A stretch of DNA of 64,000 nucleotides from an uncultured Candidatus Moduliflexus sp. Its GTDB lineage: Bacteria; Moduliflexota; Moduliflexia; Moduliflexales; Moduliflexaceae. The position numbers and the translations under genes are program-made. Positions 57,104-64,000 of the stretch are shown piece after piece. The stretch spans positions 21,749 to 85,748 of the forward strand of contig CAZRSF010000014.1 of assembly GCA_964602655.1 (NCBI GenBank), in the 5' to 3' direction. Positions within the stretch are counted from its first letter, which is position 1. Each line of letters opens with the position of its first letter. Under the pieces are notes generated by a model that ran no database searches, was not told where the DNA came from, and worked only from the letters and a program-made list of their open reading frames with translations.

Positions 57104-59266
57104 TTATCGGCAGATCAACACTGGAATCTTCGAGTTTTGCAAAATCGGGTCAACCGTGCTGCCGAGCATGATCTCCAACATCGGGCTGCGGCCGTAACTC
57201 CCCATGATAATCAGATCGCAGCTATACATTTCGGCAACGGTCAGGATCGTTTCGCTGACGTTGCCGTTTTCGGTGACAAAAATTCCTTCGACGTTGCGCT
57301 GTTTCAGGTATTGCCGCGCTAACGACAACACCATTGGGCTGGTGCGTCCGACTTCTTCGACGGTCAAGACGATCACGGTCGCATTCAAGGTCCCGCCGAT
57401 AAACGCCGCGACAAACAGGGCTTCATCCGCTTTTTCGCTGCCGTCGTAGGCCAAAATGACCCGGCGAATCTCTCTGGCCGGGCCGGGAACGGCCAGAATC
57501 GGACGCGAGCAGCGCCAGAGAATCGTGCGAAAGCCGGATTTGATTTTCATGAGCGGATTCGTGCCCGGCGGATGCGCAAGATTCAGGATGACTAAATCCG
57601 CCCAGCGCGACAGTTCGCAGATGCGCCGCGAGATTTCGCCCCCGGTAATCTTCAAGATGCCTTCGACGGCAGCGTCCTTGCACCGTTTTTCGAATTCCGC
57701 CTTCACCTGCAAGGCGTATTGCTGCTTGATTTCATCATCCGCATCCGTGACATGCAAGCCGTAAATATGCTGATTTTTACTGTGGGCGATCACAATCGCT
57801 TGCTCCAACGCCACCCAGCTATGCGGCAGGCCGCTGACGGGCACCAACATGCTGCCGAACAAGCGATCATTGCGCCGCCCTAAATCTTCTTTGCGCCATT
57901 CGCCCGGCGGCGGGCCGGATTCGAGTTCGTCGGGCATCAGCGCGTCATACACGCGCTCGCCGACACGCGACAGCACTTTATCAGGCGATGAACTATAGCG
58001 ATCCAATAAATCCGCCGCCGCCTTTTCCGGCAGAATTTTCCAGCCCAATCGCTTCTCCAATTGTTGGCGGCGTTCCGAAATCCAGAGATAGAGATCGGCG
58101 TCCGTGCGATTCGGAAAATCGCGCAGCATTCCTAAGCGGCGAATAATCGAAACGATCGGCAGATACACCGTGTCATGCCAATGCCCGGCGGCCTCGTCGA
58201 AGGGAATCTCGCGCTGCTGCTCCTGTCCCATGAAATAGCGATGCACGTCAATATGCCGCTCAAGCTCGCCGTATTTCCCCGGCGCAGTGACGCGAATGTC
58301 GGCGTCGGGTCTGATCTGTTCGAAGCGCGTCCGCTCTAAAAACTCGACGTATTCGGCGTCAAGAATGACCTTATCCATGTCAACATCCGGGACGAATGGG
58401 AGCGTTTGCAGAATTTCGGTCAGATTTTCTTCGAGGTAATTGACATCCCCTTCGCGCACAGCCGCGCGATATTCGGAGATGAGCAGGTAAATATCCGGGA
58501 TCGTGCGCTTGGGAAAATCTTTGAGCAGATCATATTTCTTGATAATGTCGGTAATCGGCGCATAGATCGTGTCGTACCAATTGATCACCGCTTCATTGTA
58601 CGGCACTTCATCGTGTCGCTCTTTTGCCATGAAATAGCGGTGTTCTTCGATTTGTTCCTCTAATAATCGGTATTTTCCGACGGAACTCATCATCACATCC
58701 GCGCCGGGACGCAGGCGATCCAGGTGCGTGCGGTCTAAAAAATCGGCATATTCGGCTTTGAGCGACAGTTCGTCCGGCTGAACGTCGGCTGAGATCGGCA
58801 CGGTGGTTCGAATCTGCGTGACAATGGCTTCGATGGACTTCGCGCCCAACGCTCTGGCGACTGAGACGCGGTGATTTCCATCCAACACGAAATACACCTC
58901 TCCGATTTGATAGACTTCGATGGGCGGCAACCCTTGCTGAGCGGAGGCCATCGCGTTGATTTTGGACCAACGCGATTCATCGCTGTCGTTCAACGGCATA
59001 AAGCTGCGGGAAAAATCTTTATAGCGTCCCACGCTGCCGACAATCGCATTCACCGGAATTTCGCGCAGCCGGCCTGCCGAGACGCCGGTGACTTTCAGTT
59101 GTTTGCGCACGTCTTCATACGAGAGCAATTCATCTGACGTGCCTTTCAAAAAGGCCACGACTTTTTCTAACGATGCCCTGCGGCGCGCCCGGCGAAAATC
59201 CTGAATAGCGCCCTGATAATCGAATCGCTCTGTTGCGCGTTGTTCGTGCTGTTCAAGCATTTCCAT
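57104..59266 (-). CDS. Large multidomain protein A (720 aa): ParB/Srx-like N-domain (VLDGNHRVSVARALG), two ~105-aa repeats, tandem UspA domains; paralog of protein B
   Basis: Same motif set as 53723..56209 (HRYFM, (H/N)W(Y/H)DT(I/V)Y(A/L)PI, D(I/L)YL(L/W)IS). The C-terminal tandem Usp domains end in ...VLICR, like protein B (...ILIC). Confidence 0.75.
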   Translation of the reverse strand: MEMLEQHEQRATERFDYQGAIQDFRRARRRASLEKVVAFLKGTSDELLSYEDVRKQLKVTGVSAGRLREIPVNAIVGSVGRYKDFSRSFMPLNDSDESRWSKINAMASAQQGLPPIEVYQIGEVYFVLDGNHRVSVARALGAKSIEAIVTQIRTTVPISADVQPDELSLKAEYADFLDRTHLDRLRPGADVMMSSVGKYRLLEEQIEEHRYFMAKERHDEVPYNEAVINWYDTIYAPITDIIKKYDLLKDFPKRTIPDIYLLISEYRAAVREGDVNYLEENLTEILQTLPFVPDVDMDKVILDAEYVEFLERTRFEQIRPDADIRVTAPGKYGELERHIDVHRYFMGQEQQREIPFDEAAGHWHDTVYLPIVSIIRRLGMLRDFPNRTDADLYLWISERRQQLEKRLGWKILPEKAAADLLDRYSSSPDKVLSRVGERVYDALMPDELESGPPPGEWRKEDLGRRNDRLFGSMLVPVSGLPHSWVALEQAIVIAHSKNQHIYGLHVTDADDEIKQQYALQVKAEFEKRCKDAAVEGILKITGGEISRRICELSRWADLVILNLAHPPGTNPLMKIKSGFRTILWRCSRPILAVPGPAREIRRVILAYDGSEKADEALFVAAFIGGTLNATVIVLTVEEVGRTSPMVLSLARQYLKQRNVEGIFVTENGNVSETILTVAEMYSCDLIIMGSYGRSPMLEIMLGSTVDPILQNSKIPVLICR

Positions 59267-59768
59267 AAGATATATCCTAATAAACGTCGGAAAATTCAGG
59301 AGACATTCCCGAATAGCCCGGCGGAATTTTTCATACGATCATCTATCCTTCGATGTCAGGCCGGAAAAATTGTCAAGCGTTTCTTATAGATTCTGGCGTC
59401 GCGCATCAATCTCGCGCGCGCGTTGTGCTGACGTTTCTACATGCCCCTGTTATGCCGTCCCAAAACAAGAGAAGATGAGGGCGAAACTTCTATCGTAGTC
59501 ATAAATGAATCGTAATTGTCAGGATTTGATGAAGGTTCGATAAATAATCTGGTCATGTCCCTGCCCAACAGGGAGACAGGGCTGTTAAGTTCTCTCGTTC
59601 CACGCGCTGCATGGAATACCCACAGACCGTCGCGGATTGCGTACTTGCCTCAATATCCAGTAAAACCTTGCTGTTGCCCGAAATCTTCACCTTCATCACC
59701 CCTGCCTGCTGTGCGTCAATCGCATTATTTTTTAAAATTGCGCTTGACAAATTCGCAGTATATAACCA

Positions 59769-59794
59769 TAGTGTACTATGTAACTAATACACTA
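59769..59794. promoter_or_regulatory. Inverted repeat TAGTGTA-N12-TACACTA just upstream of the ABC-2/GntR operon; candidate GntR (YtrA-like) operator
   Basis: Read directly. It lies 15 nt before the ATG at 59809, and a TTGACA hexamer sits ~25 nt further upstream. Confidence 0.4.
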
Positions 59795-59808
59795 ATAAAG
59801 GTGCAAAT

Positions 59809-60660
59809 ATGATCACACTTAACAATGTCACTTTCGGATATGGCGCGGAAAGGGTGTTGAACGCGCTCTCCACAACCATTGCCCCGAATAGTATTTGCGG
59901 GTTGCTCGGGGTCAATGGATCTGGTAAAACCACGTTCCTGAAATTGCTGGCGGGCCTCCGTTTTCCAAGTCACGGGACGGTTGAGGTCTGCGGTTGGCAG
60001 CCACGCCAGCGCGTACCGGAGTTTTTGCAAGCCGTGGTTCTGCTGCCAGAGAGCTTCACGTTACCCCCGTTGACCGCCCAACGGTATGCTGATGTCTATG
60101 GCGCCTTTTATCCGCACTTCTGTCCGGCAACGTTACAGCACCATCTGCACGAATTCGAACTGCGCCCCACTACTCGCCTGACACGGTATTCGTATGGGGA
60201 ACAGAAAAAGTTTTTGTTAGCGTTCGCTCTGGCAACGGGCTGCCGCCTGTTGCTGTTGGATGAACCGACCAATGGACTCGATATTATGGCAAAACGTCAA
60301 TTCCGCAAGTTGCTGGCCGCGCACATGACCGCAGAACGGAGTGTGCTCATCGCCACACATCAGGTGCGCGATGTGGAACAACTGCTTGATACGGCGCTGA
60401 TTCTGCATCACGGACAGATTATCTTGAATCGGACGCTTGCGGATTTGGCGCGGCATTTGACGGTGGTCCAGCAGCGGGAACGCCCCAATCCTGCCGAAGC
60501 GTTATATGCAGAGGAGCATCCCCTGCGCGGCTATACAGTCCTCGCCCCAAACATCCAGGGAGACGAACAACAATTGGATATTGAATTGGTATTTACTGCG
60601 GCGTTGCACAATCCGCAAGGTCTGGCGGCGGCGTTGCGCCAGGAGGTGCCGAATGCGTAG
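59809..60660 (+). CDS. ABC transporter ATP-binding protein (ABC-2 exporter type)
   Basis: Walker A GVNGSGKTT, signature YSYGEQKKFLLAFAL (degenerate LSGGQ), Walker B LLLLDEP. Confidence 0.85.
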   Translation: MITLNNVTFGYGAERVLNALSTTIAPNSICGLLGVNGSGKTTFLKLLAGLRFPSHGTVEVCGWQPRQRVPEFLQAVVLLPESFTLPPLTAQRYADVYGAFYPHFCPATLQHHLHEFELRPTTRLTRYSYGEQKKFLLAFALATGCRLLLLDEPTNGLDIMAKRQFRKLLAAHMTAERSVLIATHQVRDVEQLLDTALILHHGQIILNRTLADLARHLTVVQQRERPNPAEALYAEEHPLRGYTVLAPNIQGDEQQLDIELVFTAALHNPQGLAAALRQEVPNA

Positions 60661-61459
60661 GATCGGAAGCATTTCTTTTCGTCGGTGCTGGTTGTTGACG
60701 CGGGCGCTGGTTGCAGTGCATGGGGTGTTTTTAGCCTTGACCATACTTGGCACGGCTGGCGGCATGTTCATAATCAGCATCATCGATCTTGCCGAAGAAG
60801 CCACGCCGACGTTCCATCACACAGGTTTTTTGATTGCCGTGTTATGTAGCGGCTTATTGATTACCCGGCGCGTGTTCGCGGACAGCCATGCCGCCGCGCA
60901 CAATCCGGTCTGGCTGATGTTGCCAGCCTCCTCGCTTGAAAAATTTTTGAGCGGCCTCTGTTTGACAACCCTGGGAGTGGCGGTGGGGCAATTAATGACG
61001 TACTATGTCGCGGCAGGATGCGCGGAGGCGCTGGGGGGGCTGTTCTGGCAGCGCCAGCATCTGCCATTTACGCCCTTCGCCAGGTCAACCTGGCAACTGA
61101 TCGCGCTGTATGTCGTGGTGCAGGCGCCCTTTCTGGTTGGCGCGATCTCGCTGCGACGTTTTGCGATCAGCATCACGACCCTGTTTCTCCTGGCGTATGG
61201 CGCACTGGGGATGCTGGTAGCGGCCATCAGCTTCGAATGTTTCTTCGCTGAGACCTTCCAGGGGTGGAACATTAATCTCGACATCTGGTTTGACGTGGTC
61301 GTCCGGCAATATGCCCAGGTCTGGCATCTTGATCCGGAGCGCTTTTTGCGTTCGATAGCGTGGTGGGGGCAATGGCTTGGCGCCCTCGCTTTCTGGGGAG
61401 GCTGGGCACCTTTCTGGTGGCTCGTGGGCTATTACAATCTGAAGGAAACTGAGGTCTAA
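60653..61459 (+). CDS. ABC-2-type transporter permease (hypothetical membrane protein); start at the Met at 60653, overlapping the ATPase stop (ATGCGTAG), with AGGAGG upstream
   Basis: Six predicted TM helices, Trp-rich. It is co-oriented and translationally coupled to the ATPase. The ORF opens at 60506 within the ATPase gene. Confidence 0.65.
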   Translation: MRRIGSISFRRCWLLTRALVAVHGVFLALTILGTAGGMFIISIIDLAEEATPTFHHTGFLIAVLCSGLLITRRVFADSHAAAHNPVWLMLPASSLEKFLSGLCLTTLGVAVGQLMTYYVAAGCAEALGGLFWQRQHLPFTPFARSTWQLIALYVVVQAPFLVGAISLRRFAISITTLFLLAYGALGMLVAAISFECFFAETFQGWNINLDIWFDVVVRQYAQVWHLDPERFLRSIAWWGQWLGALAFWGGWAPFWWLVGYYNLKETEV

Positions 61460-61460
61460 C

Positions 61461-61832
61461 ATGGAATTTCAACGCGATCAGGCGATTTATCTGCAAATCG
61501 GCGAATTAATTTGCGAACAGATTGTGACCGGACAGTGGCCGGTTGGCGAAAAAATCCCCTCGGTGCGCGAATTAGCCATCAGCGTTGAAGTTAACCCGAA
61601 TACCGTGATGCGAACCTATGCCTATCTACAAGAGCAAGGCATTATTCAGAATAAACGGGGGATTGGGTATTTTGTCGCCGAAGAAGCGCCCGCACAGGCG
61701 CAGACCTTCATGAAAGCCCGGTTTTTAAGCCAGGACCTCCCGTATCTGGTGAAGATGATGAAATTACTGAAGATCACGTTTGCAGACTTGCAGAACTTAT
61801 TGCAAGAACAGGCACAGAAGGAGACTCCATGA
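61461..61832 (+). CDS. GntR-family transcriptional regulator (short YtrA-like subfamily)
   Basis: GntR winged-HTH (IPSVRELAISVEVNPNTVMRTYAYLQEQGII). ~120 aa, and co-operonic with an ABC-2 pair as in ytrA systems. Confidence 0.85.
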   Translation: MEFQRDQAIYLQIGELICEQIVTGQWPVGEKIPSVRELAISVEVNPNTVMRTYAYLQEQGIIQNKRGIGYFVAEEAPAQAQTFMKARFLSQDLPYLVKMMKLLKITFADLQNLLQEQAQKETP

Positions 61833-61936
61833 AAACCGGCAATAAAATTTTGCTGATTGCTGGCGCCGCGGGGCTGGCGCTGATTGTGCTCGGATTAGCT
61901 GTCATTAAATTAGGGTTAGCGCTTCTAACCCCTTGA
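61829..61936 (+). CDS. Possible 35-aa single-TM micropeptide (MKTGNKILLIAGAAGLALIVLGLAVIKLGLALLTP), translationally coupled to the GntR gene (ATGA overlap)
   Basis: The ATG overlaps the GntR stop. The ORF is strongly hydrophobic and under 60 aa, so it is absent from the ORF track. The call is speculative. Confidence 0.3.
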   Translation: MKTGNKILLIAGAAGLALIVLGLAVIKLGLALLTP

Positions 61937-62147
61937 AAATCGGAGGTGATGTTATGATGCCTGCGGTTCTGGCAGTGTCTGACTTGCCACACCGCTGGTC
62001 ACGTTGACGTTGCAATCTATCGAACAAACCAACCGAATCATTAGTTAACCACCCGCTTCGTGGTGGTAAATTACCGAATATCGTAACCATTTTGGACTCA
62101 GGGGAGGCCGTGCGCGCTCAGCCTGATTTCGAAGGAAATTTTGACTT

Positions 62148-62732
62148 ATGTGTAAAATAAATTTACGTATTATTATGTTGCTGTTGAGTTTGAGTTGCCT
62201 TGCCCGCGTAAGCTGCGCCGGGAATGGCGCAATTACGCTGTCGGGTGGCTTGCGATACCTGGATCGCGAAACCTGGAAGCCCATGCAGGATCAGTTGGCC
62301 GCGGGTGTGATTGTGGATTGGAAACGCGCCAATTGGCCGATCTATCTGACCTTTCCGATATTGCTTTCCGGCGCGCAGGAAGAAGATCAGGATGGCCGAA
62401 AATTCCGCAGCGGCATCCTGGAAATGGGCGCGGGCGTTAAATATCGGGCGGAAAACTTCGGCCGGGTCGCGCCGTATGTGGCCGGCGGCATTGCTCTGGT
62501 CAGCGCCGAATTAGACGGCGGTTTTGAGGATGATTATCATGGCCGCGCGGCTGCGGACAGTGATGAAATCGGTCTGGGCGGCTGGGTCAATACCGGGATC
62601 GCGCTGCGTGTCGCGCAGCATTTCCAGGCGGGATTCGATGTCCGCTATTCTTACTCGAATGTCACGCTGTTCGATACCAAACTCAACGGCGGCGGCCTGT
62701 ATGGCGGTGTGACGTTCGGTTATGCCTGGTAA
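62148..62732 (+). CDS. Small outer-membrane beta-barrel protein (OmpW/OmpA-beta-barrel-like)
   Basis: Signal peptide. Alternating amphipathic beta-strands. C-terminal aromatic GVTFGYAW, typical of OM barrel targeting. Confidence 0.7.
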   Translation: MCKINLRIIMLLLSLSCLARVSCAGNGAITLSGGLRYLDRETWKPMQDQLAAGVIVDWKRANWPIYLTFPILLSGAQEEDQDGRKFRSGILEMGAGVKYRAENFGRVAPYVAGGIALVSAELDGGFEDDYHGRAAADSDEIGLGGWVNTGIALRVAQHFQAGFDVRYSYSNVTLFDTKLNGGGLYGGVTFGYAW

Positions 62733-62896
62733 CTCTCGGCAGGCAAATATCCCACGCTAACGATCTCTGAATACCTCCTTGCGCCCTGATTGGTTGGGCG
62801 GATGCCGAAACATACTTTACATTAAGGAAGACACACGCGCCCGTCAACGGGCAACGGGTGAACTTTGCTCGTTGGCGGATGTTGTGTCGTAGCACC

Positions 62897-64000
62897 ATGA
62901 AAACATGCGTAATGACAATCTGTTTGATGTTTCTGAGTTTATTCCTGACGAGCGCCACGCCGGCGGATGATTCCGTCATGGTGGGCAATTGGCGTGGCAT
63001 CGTAACCGCGCCGGATGACGAGTTCAGTATAACGCTCCTGGTAAGTCTGACCACTAACCTCGCCGGCATCCTCCAGGCGTCACTCGTAATTTTAGAAAGT
63101 GATCGCGACCCCATGTACGCTGAAACCGTCACCTTTACCGACGGTTTCTTGCAATTAAACATCCCCACATCGGGTATAACGATTACAGGCCAACTCGCGG
63201 CAGACGGCCAGACCTGGGCGGGCGATTTTAGCGTGGAGGGGGAAACCGTGCCGTTGACGTTAACGCGCGTGACCTCCATGCCGGAGCTTGAACGCCCCCA
63301 GAACCCGCAGCCGCCGTTCCCCTATCTTGCCGAACATGTGCGGTTTGAAAATACGACCGCCGGGGTGCGCCTGGCAGGTACGCTCACACGGCCGGAAGGA
63401 GCGCAGCGTTACCCCGCGGTGATCTTAATTCCTGGTTCTGGCCGACAAGACCGTGATGAACAAGGGGCCGGGCATCGCCCGTTTCTGATCTTGGCCGATG
63501 CCTTAACGCGGCAGGGTCTGGCGGTATTGCGTTTTGATAAACGCGGCGTCTGGGAATCCACCGGCGACTATGCGGCGGCAACGACGCAGGATTTTGCGGA
63601 CGATGCCCGCGCGGCAGTGGCCTATCTGAAAACGCGCGCAGATATCAATCCCCGTCAGATTGGTTTAATCGGGCATAGCGAAGGCGGTTTGATCGCCCCC
63701 CTCATCGCGGCGGACAAGACCGCAGAGATTGCCTGGATCGCGCTCTTAGCCGGTCCGGGGCTTAATATGGTGGAGATTGTCGCCCGCCAGGTTGCGCTCG
63801 ACGCCGAGGCGGACGGGATGGCCGCGACGGATGCGCACACTCTCGAAACCTGGTATCGGCAGGCGTATGGCATGCCTCTACACGAACAGGATGCCGGAGT
63901 CATCGCACAACGTCTGCGCGCCCAATATGCGGAACTTCGCGCCGCTGAACAAGAGCTGATCGGTTGGGATGAAAGTCAGTGGGCCGCGAATTTACAGCGC
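62897..64000 (+). CDS. Secreted alpha/beta-hydrolase (GHSEGG nucleophile elbow), 5' complete and 3' truncated by the window end; absent from the ORF track
   Basis: The frame is open from the ATG at 62897 to the window end (checked codon by codon). Signal peptide MKTCVMTICLMFLSLFLTSATPADD. GxSxG motif IGLIGHSEGGLIAP. The listed minus-strand ORF 62683..63279 is its antisense shadow. Confidence 0.75.
   Translation, partial: MKTCVMTICLMFLSLFLTSATPADDSVMVGNWRGIVTAPDDEFSITLLVSLTTNLAGILQASLVILESDRDPMYAETVTFTDGFLQLNIPTSGITITGQLAADGQTWAGDFSVEGETVPLTLTRVTSMPELERPQNPQPPFPYLAEHVRFENTTAGVRLAGTLTRPEGAQRYPAVILIPGSGRQDRDEQGAGHRPFLILADALTRQGLAVLRFDKRGVWESTGDYAAATTQDFADDARAAVAYLKTRADINPRQIGLIGHSEGGLIAPLIAADKTAEIAWIALLAGPGLNMVEIVARQVALDAEADGMAATDAHTLETWYRQAYGMPLHEQDAGVIAQRLRAQYAELRAAEQELIGWDESQWAANLQR

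Noticed and set aside
29720-59775. Shared 9-mer CATAGTGTA in the promoters of the STAS gene and the ABC-2/GntR operon
   Set aside because: The match is too short to distinguish from chance, so it is not claimed as a common operator.
62683-63279. 198-aa minus-strand ORF
   Set aside because: Antisense shadow of the alpha/beta hydrolase gene (GHSEGG) on the plus strand.
1-64000. tRNA/rRNA genes and mobile elements
   Set aside because: No T-loop (GTTCGAATCC-like) or cloverleaf candidates were seen in intergenic regions. No ORF product has a transposase, integrase or phage fold. The window appears to be core chromosome.

Overview
This 64 kb window looks like ordinary chromosome from a diderm (LPS-containing) bacterium of uncertain, probably uncultivated lineage. 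GC is roughly 50-55 %, gene packing is dense on both strands, and the ORFs carry no transposase or integrase fold. No rRNA, tRNA or CRISPR array was recognised.

Reading order of the recognisable content:
- 3' end of an RND efflux adaptor followed by an AcrB-type RND pump.
- A complete liv-type branched-chain amino acid ABC importer (SBP, LivH, LivM, LivG, LivF).
- A secreted FecR-domain protein with a Pro/Thr-rich tail.
- An outer-membrane beta-barrel plus a Wza-type polysaccharide export protein.
- A potABCD spermidine/putrescine importer on the minus strand.
- An ankyrin lipoprotein, a 538-aa conserved hypothetical, and a LysM lytic transglycosylase (MltD-like).
- Two tandem DUF507-like small proteins.
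- fdhD, a TIGR01212-type radical-SAM protein and cbiB/cobD.
- An HI1419/HI1420-type toxin-antitoxin pair.
- pgi.
- A STAS protein plus a methyl-accepting chemotaxis protein, then pepT and an AIR-synthase-related protein.
- A small 2x[4Fe-4S] ferredoxin that the ORF track missed.
- An RsbU/RsbV/RsbW-type partner-switching module followed by a TPR+LysM lipoprotein.
- tatA, a stand-alone BRCT protein and a hybrid response-regulator/histidine kinase.
- A membrane-anchored SNase-like nuclease and thyX.
- A heptose-adenylyltransferase-like gene, an LplABC-type sugar ABC importer, msbA, and two Kdo/WaaP-family LPS kinases.
- An ABC-2 exporter with a GntR regulator, an OmpW-like beta-barrel, and a secreted alpha/beta hydrolase running off the 3' end.

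The most unusual locus is 53.7-59.3 kb on the minus strand. Two paralogous large proteins (828 and 720 aa) share one architecture: an N-terminal ParB/sulfiredoxin-like DGNHR domain, then two or three copies of a ~105-aa repeat (HRYFM ... HWYDTVYLP ... DLYLWIS), then tandem universal-stress-protein domains. They flank a 2H-phosphoesterase (HVTV/HATI) gene and sit convergent to the two LPS-kinase-family genes.

Other points worth a second look:
- A family of related perfect palindromes is used as terminators at many gene ends.
- CGAAC-N6-GTTCG palindromes are duplicated between thyX and a zinc-ribbon gene.
- LivH carries a ~130-aa N-terminal extension.

All functional calls come from motif-level reading of the translated ORFs; nothing was searched against a database.
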